A stretch of DNA of 64,000 nucleotides from a bacterium (GTDB taxonomy: Bacteria > Bdellovibrionota_C > UBA2361 > CALJRW01), in contig JANNBC010000048.1 of assembly GCA_031385045.1 (NCBI GenBank), positions 99,013-163,012 of the forward strand. Reading direction: 5' to 3'. The notes beneath the pieces are model-generated. The model saw nothing but the letters and a program-made list of their open reading frames with translations. It did not search any database and was not told where the DNA came from. Made by a program: the position numbers and the translations under genes. Shown here one piece after another: positions 10,824 to 20,772 of this stretch; positions within the stretch are counted from its first letter, which is position 1; the number at the start of each line of letters is the position of its first letter.

Positions 10824-12677
10824 ATGATTAACATTAATAGATTAATCAAGTTAAAAGATAAATATCCAGATTTTTTGACTAATCAGGCTGCCTTAAGCCT
10901 TTTTTTAGCTAAGAACTTACCCCTAAGAATTGCGGGAATAACGATTAATCAACCTAATTACTGCCAAAGTACTACTTCCATCAGAGACGAATTACAAAAA
11001 ATTAACCATTTTTTTAAAATCAATTTTCTTACAATTAATGACTCTAATCAATTAAGGGAGGTATTTGAACAGATCCCAACATGCCTAGCAACAGAATATG
11101 ATCAAAATGCTGAAGTGATCTTCGATAACTTACTTTGTAGTCCAGCTAAAAATATTACTGGTACTTTTTATACACCACAAACCATCGCCAGCCTATTAGT
11201 GAAAGAGACATTAGCTGAAGAACCAAGCATTAATTTTCAATATCTTGATCCAGCCTGTGGGGCAGGTATCTTTCTAAAAGCTTGCCTAAAAATATTTACC
11301 GGCAATTCTGAAAAGAAATTAACATTCATAGAAAATTCTTTATTTGGATATGATATTAATCAACAGGCCATAGAAATTTGTAAGTTCTTACTTTTAATTG
11401 AAGCCTTAAAAGACCACCCCAATCTCAATCGCAAAACCACTCTTCCTGATTTAAGTAAGAATTTTATCTGCCAAAATAGTCTACTCACAGAAATTGCTCA
11501 AAAGTTTGATTATATCTTTTGTAACCCTCCTTTTGGCTTATCTCGCAATCAACAAATAGAGCAAGGAGAATTGGAAGAACTGACTAGGATTAACAATTGG
11601 TTTTTTACAGGCAAACTTAATAAATATCTATTATTCTCCTTGAGATGCTTTCAGATGCTTAAGCCACAGGGATCTGCCGGCATCCTAACACCTAACTCTT
11701 GGCTAGGTATCAGAGATGGCGAGAGCTTCAGGAAATATCTTTTAAATGAAAAAGCCCTGCCTAAGATTTTATGCTTTGAAAAAAAAATCTTCCCAAAACT
11801 TGGAGTGGAAACTGTTATCAGTATAATTTCTAAAAAACCAACTTCAAAGGTAATAATTAAAAAATTTAATCCTGAATTTGAATTAGCTAAATCTACCGAG
11901 ATTGATCATCATGTAATTTCTAATCATAAGAACTGTCTTATTCCCATGATTTGGCATGAGAATTTTCTAAATATTTTTAATCACTTACAAAAAACGACTA
12001 GTCCTCTTTCTGACTCCAAGCTAAATATTACTCCATCGATTGCCCTACAAGTTTATAGCCTAGGTCGTGGAACACCTCCTCAATCTGCAGAAATAGTCAA
12101 AAATAATTCTTTTCATTTTAAGAATAAACATACAGTGACAAGCCACCCTTATCTAAATGGCAAAGACTTAAGCTCCTTTCAGATCAATTGGTCAGGGCAA
12201 TTCTTAGACTACGGCCCCTGGGTAGCTGAATTTCAAGATTTTACACGCTACCAAAAGCCTCGATTACTCCTGAGAGAAGTACTAGGGAAACCACCCTACG
12301 TTATCAAGGCAACTGTAACTCACGAGATCTATTTATATAATAGATCCATTCTACACATCCATGCTCAAGATCCCAAGATTCTGCCACTAATTAATACAAT
12401 TATGAATTCAAAATTTGCTAGTTTTTACTTATTGATTAAAGGAAGAAAAACAAACCGTAAAATCTTCCCAAAAATTGTCTTAGATGACCTAAAAGATTTC
12501 CCACTGCCCAATTTAGTCGATTATAATTCAAATGAGCTGAATGTCTTACTGGATAAGCCTTTAACTAGCGAAAATCGTTCATTACTTGATAAATTAGTCT
12601 ATAAACAATATTCTTTAAATTCAGAACAGATTAAGACTATTGAAGATACACTACAAGAATGGAAAGCGACATTTTAA
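10824..12677 (+). CDS. N6-adenine DNA methyltransferase (gamma class, TaqI/Eco57I-like with C-terminal target-recognition domain)
   Basis: GTFYTP, LDPACGAGIF (motif I), NPPF (motif IV), LTPNSW, C-terminal IMNS...FPKIVLDDLKDFPLP. Confidence 0.88.
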   Translation: MININRLIKLKDKYPDFLTNQAALSLFLAKNLPLRIAGITINQPNYCQSTTSIRDELQKINHFFKINFLTINDSNQLREVFEQIPTCLATEYDQNAEVIFDNLLCSPAKNITGTFYTPQTIASLLVKETLAEEPSINFQYLDPACGAGIFLKACLKIFTGNSEKKLTFIENSLFGYDINQQAIEICKFLLLIEALKDHPNLNRKTTLPDLSKNFICQNSLLTEIAQKFDYIFCNPPFGLSRNQQIEQGELEELTRINNWFFTGKLNKYLLFSLRCFQMLKPQGSAGILTPNSWLGIRDGESFRKYLLNEKALPKILCFEKKIFPKLGVETVISIISKKPTSKVIIKKFNPEFELAKSTEIDHHVISNHKNCLIPMIWHENFLNIFNHLQKTTSPLSDSKLNITPSIALQVYSLGRGTPPQSAEIVKNNSFHFKNKHTVTSHPYLNGKDLSSFQINWSGQFLDYGPWVAEFQDFTRYQKPRLLLREVLGKPPYVIKATVTHEIYLYNRSILHIHAQDPKILPLINTIMNSKFASFYLLIKGRKTNRKIFPKIVLDDLKDFPLPNLVDYNSNELNVLLDKPLTSENRSLLDKLVYKQYSLNSEQIKTIEDTLQEWKATF

Positions 12678-13858
12678 ACCACGAAAATATTACCAGATTA
12701 ACAATTGATGGTAAGGATGTAATCCTTATTGGAACTGCTCATGTTAGCCAAGAGAGCGTTGATTTAGTGCAAAGAGTAATCACTGAAGTTAAACCCGACA
12801 CAATTGCCGTTGAACTTTGCGACTCTCGATATCAAAGTTTAAAAAATCCTGAAAAATGGAAAAGCCTAGATCTCTTTACTGTGATTAAAGAAGGTAAAGC
12901 CTTTGTTCTACTTTCCCAACTAATACTTTCTAGCTTTCAGAAAAAAATTGCTAAAGAATTAAAGATCCAACCTGGAGCTGAAATGATGGCGGCAATTAAG
13001 TTAGCTGAAGAACAAAATGCTCATTTAGTGTTAGCTGATCGAGACGTTAAAACAACACTTAAAAGAACTTGGGCTAACCTAAGTTTTTGGCAAGGATTAA
13101 AAGTGATGTCCACACTGCTGGCAGGCTTATTAACAAACGAGAAAGTATCTGCAGAAGATATTGAGAAATTAAAAAAGAACGATGCCTTAGAGGATGCAAT
13201 GAAAGAATTTGCTACGCAGTTTCCAACTGTTCGAGAAAGCTTAATTGATGAACGAGATCAATACCTAGCAGAAAAAATTCGCATCGCTTCAGGCAATACA
13301 ATTGTTGCCGTGCTAGGAGCTGGACACTTACCTGGAATTAAAAAATATATTTACACTCCCAGAGACTTAGCTCCTCTAGAAGTGATTCCACCTCCTGGAA
13401 AATTTAAAAAATATTTCTCTTGGAGCATCCCAGTACTTTTTGTTTTAATCATTGTTTACTTAATAATCAATGGTAGCTCAGGAGAAGCAACTGGCTTTGT
13501 TTCTCTTTGGGTAATCCTAACAGCTTCCTTAGCAACATTTGGAGCCCTAGTTGTGCGAGCCCATCCGCTGACAACTCTTTCTGCTGCTATTTCAGCACCG
13601 CTGACAACAATCCATCCATTAATTTCAGTTGGAATGGTTGCTGGATTAGTTGAAGCCTATATCAAAAAACCAACGGTATCTGACCTAGAAACCATTTCTG
13701 AAGATCTAACAAGCTGGAATAAGGCGATTAATAATCAAGCAATCAAAATATTTTTAGTCCTGATTTCTACAAATTTATTTACTAGTATTCCTGCACTTTC
13801 TGTAATTCTTTACGGAACAATTACAACCGCAACTTCTTTCTTAAAAAATATATTTTAA
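12659..13858 (+). CDS. TraB/GumN family (pheromone-shutdown-like) membrane protein
   Basis: LIGTAHVS, AVELC, PGAEM, LIDERD, VLGAGH, C-terminal TM helices. Confidence 0.92.
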   Translation: MESDILNHENITRLTIDGKDVILIGTAHVSQESVDLVQRVITEVKPDTIAVELCDSRYQSLKNPEKWKSLDLFTVIKEGKAFVLLSQLILSSFQKKIAKELKIQPGAEMMAAIKLAEEQNAHLVLADRDVKTTLKRTWANLSFWQGLKVMSTLLAGLLTNEKVSAEDIEKLKKNDALEDAMKEFATQFPTVRESLIDERDQYLAEKIRIASGNTIVAVLGAGHLPGIKKYIYTPRDLAPLEVIPPPGKFKKYFSWSIPVLFVLIIVYLIINGSSGEATGFVSLWVILTASLATFGALVVRAHPLTTLSAAISAPLTTIHPLISVGMVAGLVEAYIKKPTVSDLETISEDLTSWNKAINNQAIKIFLVLISTNLFTSIPALSVILYGTITTATSFLKNIF

Positions 13859-13860
13859 TA

Positions 13861-14118
13861 ATGAATGATCCTTTTTTAAGATTTTATACCTTTGCAACGA
13901 TTACGCTAAGTTGCTTCACCGGAGTGCTCATTGCAGTACCATTAGCTTTAAGTAATCCAAATCCACTTGCCTTATTATTGCTACCGTTCTTTGGCACAAT
14001 GGGTGGCATTGCTGGATATAGACGTAGAAATAGCCGTATTTTCTTTTATTTAAGCCTATTTGCGGTAGTAGTTTTATCAACTATTATTTGTGTTAATATA
14101 GTCAAGAATGAATTCTAG
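13861..14118 (+). CDS. Small hypothetical membrane protein
   Basis: Three hydrophobic segments; tightly coupled to neighbours. Confidence 0.6.
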   Translation: MNDPFLRFYTFATITLSCFTGVLIAVPLALSNPNPLALLLLPFFGTMGGIAGYRRRNSRIFFYLSLFAVVVLSTIICVNIVKNEF

Positions 14119-15094
14119 TATTATCCAAACAGCTAAGTCAGTCCTCGCCTCTGAAGCACAAGCAATTTGTGATCTAGCGGAAACTATTGACGAACATTTT
14201 GTCAGCTCCGTAAAAGCCATTTTGGAAATGGAAAGGCATGGACATGTAATTGTCTCTGGAATGGGAAAAGCGGGTTTAATTGGTACAAAAATTTCAGCAA
14301 CATTAGCTTCAATTGGAACTGCTTCCTTTTTCTTACATCCAGCAGAAGCTTTACATGGAGATCTAGGTCGCTATCGAAAAAATGACATTGCTCTAATCCT
14401 TTCTAATTCTGGGGAAACTGAAGAGATCTTAAAAACAATTCCTGCAATCCGCAGTATTGGATGTCCAATAATTTCAATCACTGCTACCCATGACAGTACA
14501 CTAGCAAAGCAGAGCGATCTAACTATTGCCATTGGCAACTCAAATGAAGCAGGCAGTCTCGGATTAGCGCCAACAACCAGTACCTGTAAAATGCTGGCGA
14601 TCGGCGATGCCTTAGCAATGTGCCTAATGCATGAGAAAGGTTTATCCGCCAAAGACTTTGCTTTTTATCATCCTGGAGGAAACCTAGGAAGAGCACTAGT
14701 AAAAGTATCAGAGCTAATGCGTACTGGAGATGAACTTTGCGTTCTAAGCGATCAGCTCTCAATTCAAGAAGTAATTAAAAGCTATAGCGCCACAAAAGGT
14801 CGTCCCGGAGCTTCAGTATTAGTCAATCAAGCAGGTAAAGTCACCGGAATATTTACAGATGGTGACTTAAGACGTTGTCTGGATCAGGGCCTTAACTTTT
14901 TAAACCAACCAGTTTCCTCTGTAATGGGCAAATCTCCAAAATCAGTCAGACCCGATCTACTGGCAATGGAAGCATTAAAAGCCATGTCACAATTTAAGAT
15001 CGACCAAATTATTGTGATGAATGACAACTGTGAGCCCTTGGGAATGTTAGATATTCAGGACATCTGTTTCTTAGTCCCCGGCTCTCAAATCTAA
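14108..15094 (+). CDS. kdsD: KpsF/GutQ arabinose-5-phosphate isomerase (SIS + CBS)
   Basis: SGMGKAG, HPAEALHGDLG, SNSGET, APTTST, HPGG, GIFTDGDLRR. Confidence 0.95.
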   Translation: MNSSIIQTAKSVLASEAQAICDLAETIDEHFVSSVKAILEMERHGHVIVSGMGKAGLIGTKISATLASIGTASFFLHPAEALHGDLGRYRKNDIALILSNSGETEEILKTIPAIRSIGCPIISITATHDSTLAKQSDLTIAIGNSNEAGSLGLAPTTSTCKMLAIGDALAMCLMHEKGLSAKDFAFYHPGGNLGRALVKVSELMRTGDELCVLSDQLSIQEVIKSYSATKGRPGASVLVNQAGKVTGIFTDGDLRRCLDQGLNFLNQPVSSVMGKSPKSVRPDLLAMEALKAMSQFKIDQIIVMNDNCEPLGMLDIQDICFLVPGSQI

Positions 15095-15210
15095 ATAATT
15101 CGCAATTAGCCAACAACTTTTGAAAATAAATATCGATTAGTTAATAAGCAAGAATCAGCAGTGTCCCGATTAAAGTTTTAAAAATCTTTCAATTAACTCG
15201 ATTAATAAAA

Positions 15211-15621
15211 ATGATTCATAATAATCTAGCGGGATTCACATTAACTGAATTACTATCAGTCATCATGCTTGTAGGAATAGTCTGGGCGATCTCTAATTTA
15301 ACTGGATCCGAAATACAAAAAACAATTACAGCTAAAACTGAACTAGAGCAGTTAAAATTAGAATTCGAAAAACAAATATCATATGCAAATATTACCAAAG
15401 AAAAAATTCAAATAATTCCAGAGAATATAAGACTAAAGGTTATCGGGAATAAATTTATCTACGAAATTCCACTAAAAAATCAACTCCTAATTAATTCTAA
15501 CGAACATCAACTAAATTTTCACCCCAGGCAAGTTTGCTCTCCAGCCAGTATTTCCTCGAATGCAAATAAAAGCTGTCATTTAATAATCTCCTTGCGATGT
15601 CGTATGCGAATTCAATGCTAA
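15211..15621 (+). CDS. Type IV minor pilin (FimT/FimU/GspH-like)
   Basis: Class III signal G|FTLTELL + TM; C-terminal SLRCRMR. Confidence 0.75.
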   Translation: MIHNNLAGFTLTELLSVIMLVGIVWAISNLTGSEIQKTITAKTELEQLKLEFEKQISYANITKEKIQIIPENIRLKVIGNKFIYEIPLKNQLLINSNEHQLNFHPRQVCSPASISSNANKSCHLIISLRCRMRIQC

Positions 15622-15866
15622 GTTTTAATCATAATGGATTTGGTCTACTCGAAATATTACTTAGCTTAATAATTTTGAGTCTGATGATTGGTTCGATCCT
15701 CTCCCTTCAAAACAAATCATTATTAGAACGCAACATTAGTCGACCAAAGTTCGATTCAGCTTCAGGTGAATTTAAAAATTGCCAAATAAAGAGAATAAAA
15801 ACTTATAAGATACTAGTTTGTAATGAACTCAATTTCCCTAATCTTCCAAAATATATCTTCTTTTAA
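15615..15866 (+). CDS. Type IV minor pilin (PilV-like)
   Basis: G|FGLLEILL prepilin motif; ATG at 15615. Confidence 0.7.
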   Translation: MLSFNHNGFGLLEILLSLIILSLMIGSILSLQNKSLLERNISRPKFDSASGEFKNCQIKRIKTYKILVCNELNFPNLPKYIFF

Positions 15867-16707
15867 CATAACTCAAAGGCAACAGGCTTCAAGTCTGATC
15901 GAATTACTAGTAGTAATCTCACTCAGTCTCTTTCTTTCCTTAGTTGGCTATCAAGTCCTAAAAACTTCAATCGCAATTAAAAAAGTTATCGGTATTGATT
16001 ATCAAAAAAGTTATCAAGCCGTGCGGCTTAAAAGTTTAATCGAAGATATAATTCAAGATCTCAGCTGGCATACTTTGCCAATTGAACCAAAGATTTTCGG
16101 TAAAGGCGAAATTAATATTGATGGCGATCCATTTCTACTTAGTAGCGATCCATTAAAACTACCAAACGTAAGATCGGATGCGATTAGCTACCTGAGCCTA
16201 GATTATTCTCATTTAATCCATGTTACTTTGAATGAAAATCTAATCTTAGAAGGTTGTAGTGATAAGCTTATTCCTAATATTCTATATAATTTTATTGGAA
16301 TTGACTTGGGTGGAGTTAGCTATTTCCAAGGCTATGCTAGAAAAATAGCAGTAGGTTGCTATCAATTCCAAGTTATTCAAATGCCAAATTTAATCTTGGC
16401 TAAACGTCATGAGAAGTTTCCGATATTTACTAAAATCTTGATTCCAGTGGTTGATGAATATTTAGTATATGTAGATCGAACAAATCAACTTCGATATGTA
16501 ACACTTAAAGGCTTAAATATTTTGGAAAACCAGCCAGTTTTTGAAGATGCTCCAGATTTATCACTTAGCCTGATTAAATATGAACAGGTCTGGCAATTAG
16601 ATTTAAGGTGGAAATATCCAGAGCAGCTACCAGAGAAAGAATTTAAGCAAGTTGGGACAGCTCGACTTGCTCGCCAGTCACTCGGAAATTTATTATTAAA
16701 CTTATGA
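15823..16707 (+). CDS. Type IV minor pilin (PilW-like)
   Basis: A|SSLIELLVVI variant prepilin motif with Glu at +5. Confidence 0.65.
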   Translation: MNSISLIFQNISSFNITQRQQASSLIELLVVISLSLFLSLVGYQVLKTSIAIKKVIGIDYQKSYQAVRLKSLIEDIIQDLSWHTLPIEPKIFGKGEINIDGDPFLLSSDPLKLPNVRSDAISYLSLDYSHLIHVTLNENLILEGCSDKLIPNILYNFIGIDLGGVSYFQGYARKIAVGCYQFQVIQMPNLILAKRHEKFPIFTKILIPVVDEYLVYVDRTNQLRYVTLKGLNILENQPVFEDAPDLSLSLIKYEQVWQLDLRWKYPEQLPEKEFKQVGTARLARQSLGNLLLNL

Positions 16708-17492
16708 AAGGTTTAATTAGTATCTACTTACTAATTATCTTAATGATCTCTACAGTATTAATCCTCGGTACATTTGAAGAGACCTTTAGCATGTTAACTC
16801 AGATTAAATTTAGCATCAGTCATCAAAGAAAAATTGCAAATCAACAAGAAATTTTGCTTGGTCAATTAACAGACCTGGATCCTACCACTTCCCAAAGGAA
16901 GTTTTGCGTTCAGAATCAATCGGAAAAACTTTGTTACTTAAACAATAGTTTATTTGATCAAGGCAATCAGTCCGACATCATTGCAAATCTTAGTAATCAA
17001 AATCTACTACTAGACTTCGCTAATTATGAACGATTAAGCGAAAAATGTGTTTATTCAATCCCAGCACAAAACCAGCTAGAATGGAACTTGGTTAACCCCA
17101 AAACCTGCTTACAAATTAAATCTTCATTAAAACCTGAAGCTTATTATGAATTTAACTTGGCATTGGAAGATTTTGAAATATCAACTAAGCAACTGTTACT
17201 TATAAATGGATATACTGCAATTAATAACCTACTAGTCATAAAAAATGCTACGATCATTAGTCTTGGAGACTTAATCATCGATAATTTAATCCTTACCGAA
17301 CAGGCGGAAATCAATTTAATTTCGGTTCGCGGCAAAGTACATATTCGACATTATAGCGAGGATGCTCATTTGTTTCAGAAAACTGATTCTTGCTGGCAAA
17401 TTGGCTCTGGCTATAAAAGACCTTCTATCCCAAATCTAAAATTTATCGAAACAATGGCCTTTAGCCTAACTCCCAAAATCCCAAGCAATTAA
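16704..17492 (+). CDS. PilX/GspK-like minor pilin
   Basis: KG|LISIYLLII hydrophobic N-terminus without Glu5; fourth gene of the cluster. Confidence 0.5.
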   Translation: MKGLISIYLLIILMISTVLILGTFEETFSMLTQIKFSISHQRKIANQQEILLGQLTDLDPTTSQRKFCVQNQSEKLCYLNNSLFDQGNQSDIIANLSNQNLLLDFANYERLSEKCVYSIPAQNQLEWNLVNPKTCLQIKSSLKPEAYYEFNLALEDFEISTKQLLLINGYTAINNLLVIKNATIISLGDLIIDNLILTEQAEINLISVRGKVHIRHYSEDAHLFQKTDSCWQIGSGYKRPSIPNLKFIETMAFSLTPKIPSN

Positions 17493-17634
17493 TACCCGCC
17501 CCATGCTAATTCCAAGATCAAATGGCTTTCCCCGAGTTCTCTGATACCAAAATAGAACGGTGAAATCGTTATTTCATCCTCCCGATATCTCTGATACTTG
17601 GGTTTTAAGTGAAGTCTTGGTATATAGATAACTA

Positions 17635-18504
17635 ATGATTATCATTCACACCGCAATTCACCCGGAAGCCAAACCACTAATTTCCATGTTACAGCTAAAA
17701 CGGGACTTAGATTTTGCTGTTTTCGAATTATACCAAAATAAGGAATTTGCTTTAGTTGTCTCAGGGATTGGTAAAGTTAATACTGCAATTGCCTTAGCTA
17801 CAGCTATTCAATATTTAAAAGGACAAGGACAGCTTATCTCTGGCTCAACCCTAGTAAACTTCGGCTTAGCTGGAGGAACAGGGGAATTTCAATTTGGAGA
17901 ATTATACTATGTTCAAAAAATTACTGACCAAGCAACAGAGGCAAACTACTATCCAGACTTAATTTATAAACATCAACTACCTCCCGCAATCTTAACAACA
18001 TTTGATCGCCCAGTTGCTCGTGCTAGCTTTCCAGAATTATCTAATACTCTTGTGGACATGGAGGCTTCCGCATTTTTTCACACAGCAAATAAATTTGTTG
18101 ATGTCCATCAAATTCATTGCCTTAAAATTTTGATTGATCATTTAGCTCCAGAAGACTTTAAAATTGATCTTGTCAGTGAATTAATTGATAAAAAGCTCAA
18201 CCTAATAAAAGACTTTTTAGATTCCTTACCTAGATCTCCAATCTTAGAAGACTTAAGTCTAAATGAGATTGCCGAAGAGCAAACAATTGAAAAAGTGATT
18301 GCTGATTTAAAACTGAGTAAATCGCAAGCACAACAACTTCGAGATCTAGTAATGCAATACCACACGATGACTCACCTACTCTTTGCTGATTTTATTCGAA
18401 GCTATCATTACCGAGTCTCGGAACACAAAAGTATTAATGCCAACAGTTTTGAAAAACTAAAAGCAAAACTATCAATTGAAATTGGAAAGCACCTTGGAAA
18501 CTAA
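17635..18504 (+). CDS. Nucleoside phosphorylase/MTA-SAH nucleosidase-fold protein
   Basis: TAIHPEA, SGIGKVNTA, NFGLAG, VDMEASAF motifs. Confidence 0.8.
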   Translation: MIIIHTAIHPEAKPLISMLQLKRDLDFAVFELYQNKEFALVVSGIGKVNTAIALATAIQYLKGQGQLISGSTLVNFGLAGGTGEFQFGELYYVQKITDQATEANYYPDLIYKHQLPPAILTTFDRPVARASFPELSNTLVDMEASAFFHTANKFVDVHQIHCLKILIDHLAPEDFKIDLVSELIDKKLNLIKDFLDSLPRSPILEDLSLNEIAEEQTIEKVIADLKLSKSQAQQLRDLVMQYHTMTHLLFADFIRSYHYRVSEHKSINANSFEKLKAKLSIEIGKHLGN

Positions 18505-19498
18505 ATTAAGCCGTGCCTTTGATACGATTTATATTGAGAAAGATGCCAAAGATTACCCAGTTACAATTAATATTCTAAACCAATTTAAAAAATCACAGCA
18601 AATTTCCATCAATTCGTATCAAGAAATATTTAATCGTAATCGACAAGATTTTAGACAACAAAAGCTCTCGCCCAAGCTGATTTTGGCGATTAAAAAAGAT
18701 TCCTATCTTTACCCTGGGAGCTCTTTTACTCCAAGCTTTAACCAACCACATTTCTTTTATAATGCAATGGCTCTAAACTGCCTATATGACTGTAGTTATT
18801 GCTACTTACAAGGCATGTTTAACTCAGCAAATTTAGTAATCTTTGTTAATGAACAAGATTTCTATCAAGCAACATTAGATAAGCTAAAAGAATTAGGAAG
18901 TTTGTACTTAAGTATTTCCTATGATACTGATTTACTAGCAATTGAACATTTAACTGGCTACTGTGCAAAGTGGATCACACTTTGTCAGCAGAACCCGAAA
19001 CTCCTTGTCGAATCAAGAACTAAAAGTGTCAACTTTAATGCCATCAAAGAGCTAGCTCCAGTTGATAATTTTATTTTATCTTGGACACTGAGTCCACTAA
19101 GCGTGAGCCAAAGGATTGAAATTAATACTCCAAGTCTTGTTAGTAAAATAAAAGCTATTCAGAATGCCCAAGCACAGGGATGGAAAGTTAGAATCTGCTT
19201 TGACCCACTATTAATGCACGTAGATTGGGCTAAGCAATATAAAGATCTAATCAAATTAATTAATAGTGAATTAGACTTAAATTTGATTAGAGATTTTAGT
19301 ATTGGAAGCTTTCGAATGAATGATAGCTTTTATAAAAAAATTCAAAAAAGCCGTCCACAAGATCCGCTTTTTGCTTATCCGTACGACCGCATTGAAGGAA
19401 TTATTTCTTATCCTGAAGAGCAAGATCAAAAACTTAAGCTGACCGTTTGTGATTTATTAAAAGAAAGTGGTGTGCCTACAGAAATGATCTTTTGCTAG
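18476..19498 (+). CDS. Spore photoproduct lyase-family radical SAM protein
   Basis: CLYDCSYC (CxxxCxxC) then YLQG, YDTDLLA, ESRTKS, SWTLSP, RICFDP. Confidence 0.85.
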   Translation: MKLESTLETKLSRAFDTIYIEKDAKDYPVTINILNQFKKSQQISINSYQEIFNRNRQDFRQQKLSPKLILAIKKDSYLYPGSSFTPSFNQPHFFYNAMALNCLYDCSYCYLQGMFNSANLVIFVNEQDFYQATLDKLKELGSLYLSISYDTDLLAIEHLTGYCAKWITLCQQNPKLLVESRTKSVNFNAIKELAPVDNFILSWTLSPLSVSQRIEINTPSLVSKIKAIQNAQAQGWKVRICFDPLLMHVDWAKQYKDLIKLINSELDLNLIRDFSIGSFRMNDSFYKKIQKSRPQDPLFAYPYDRIEGIISYPEEQDQKLKLTVCDLLKESGVPTEMIFC

Positions 19499-19540
19499 TT
19501 TGGTTGGACAATGTCTGTTGGTTAAATATCGCTAAACTCT

Positions 19541-19951
19541 TTAAATTGATTGGAGAGTCACAATAATATTACGAATAGAACCGCGCTGGCGATGTTCCCA
19601 AAGATAGATCCCCTGCCACTGGCCTAACATTAAGTTACCTTGGGAGATGGGAATAGTTAAGCATGTATTAGTTACAACAGATTTTAAATGCGCCGGCATA
19701 TCATCTGCTCCCTCATAGATATGAGTATAGTTGGGATCATTTTCAGGAATGAAGCGGTTAATCCAAGATTCTAAATCATTCCTCGCAGATGAGTCAGCAT
19801 TCTCTTGAATAGTTAAGCTGGCCGAAGTGTGTTGAATAAAGAGGTGACAAAGACCACTTTCGATTGTCCTCTGATTAACTAGTGAAATTACCTGTTCTGT
19901 AATTTCCTGTAACCCCTGTCTAGTTGTTTTAATTTTAAGACTAGTGATCAT
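19541..19951 (-). CDS. yjbQ: YjbQ/UPF0047 family protein
   Basis: HTSASLTIQENAD, DDMPAHLKS, LGQWQGIYLWEHR. Confidence 0.93.
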   Translation of the reverse strand: MITSLKIKTTRQGLQEITEQVISLVNQRTIESGLCHLFIQHTSASLTIQENADSSARNDLESWINRFIPENDPNYTHIYEGADDMPAHLKSVVTNTCLTIPISQGNLMLGQWQGIYLWEHRQRGSIRNIIVTLQSI

Positions 19952-20589
19952 TATAAGTTCACCAACAGCACTTGAAAGATACCAATCAAAAGACCAATCA
20001 CACCACCAACAATTTCTACAAACTTAAATTCTCGATGCATCACAGACAAGACTATCTCCTCTAGACGCTCTGAGGAAAAATTAGCAACTTTATCATAAAC
20101 AGTATCGCGAATATCAAAACTAGTTTCTAAATCGGAAGAAATATTATTAATCGTGTTTGCAACGGAACCTTCTAGTTCCTTAGCAATTAAGTTTTTAATA
20201 GTGTTGGCAAGTTCATTATTTAAAAACATGCCTAGCATTGGAATTGCAACAGGAAGCTTGTTGGTGATAATATTATCAATTTCCGTAACAATAACCTTAC
20301 GTAAATCAACAGCATTTAATGTTTGATCTAATTTAGATTTTAAATCTTGAACACTTAATAATTCGGTAGACACCACGTGAGCAATTTTTTCTGCAAGCAC
20401 TAACTGTCTTTTAGGAAAAACACCTTGGATATTAAAGCCTAAAACATTTACTGCCGCTCTTGGCCTAAAAAGCATTTTGACGGCAACCCAGTTTGTGAAC
20501 CAGCCGATCAAAGCACTGATTACTGGAATAATCAGCCATAAATAAGCATTAATAACAGCTGAAATTTCGGGAAACGACTCTTCTATCAT
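19951..20589 (-). CDS. DUF445 family membrane protein
   Basis: IGWFTNWVAVKMLFRP, QGVFPKRQ, terminal GGVIGLLIG. Confidence 0.9.
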   Translation of the reverse strand: MIEESFPEISAVINAYLWLIIPVISALIGWFTNWVAVKMLFRPRAAVNVLGFNIQGVFPKRQLVLAEKIAHVVSTELLSVQDLKSKLDQTLNAVDLRKVIVTEIDNIITNKLPVAIPMLGMFLNNELANTIKNLIAKELEGSVANTINNISSDLETSFDIRDTVYDKVANFSSERLEEIVLSVMHREFKFVEIVGGVIGLLIGIFQVLLVNL

Positions 20590-20772
20590 AGAAATATACC
20601 TAGTTTGATATTAACGGGAATTAGTTTTTGGAGCTATAATATAACAGTGAATCCAATTTTTTCCAATTCAGAATAATCTTTACGGATGTTTAAAGTTCGC
20701 TTGCTAGTTTATATTCATTTTAGTTCTAAATTTCTGTATTATCACATAATCAGCTTTAATAAATTTCTTCTA

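Noticed and set aside
10824..12677. Complete type IIG/Eco57I restriction-modification enzyme
   Set aside because: The N-terminal region is short and shows no recognisable nuclease motif; no adjacent endonuclease gene
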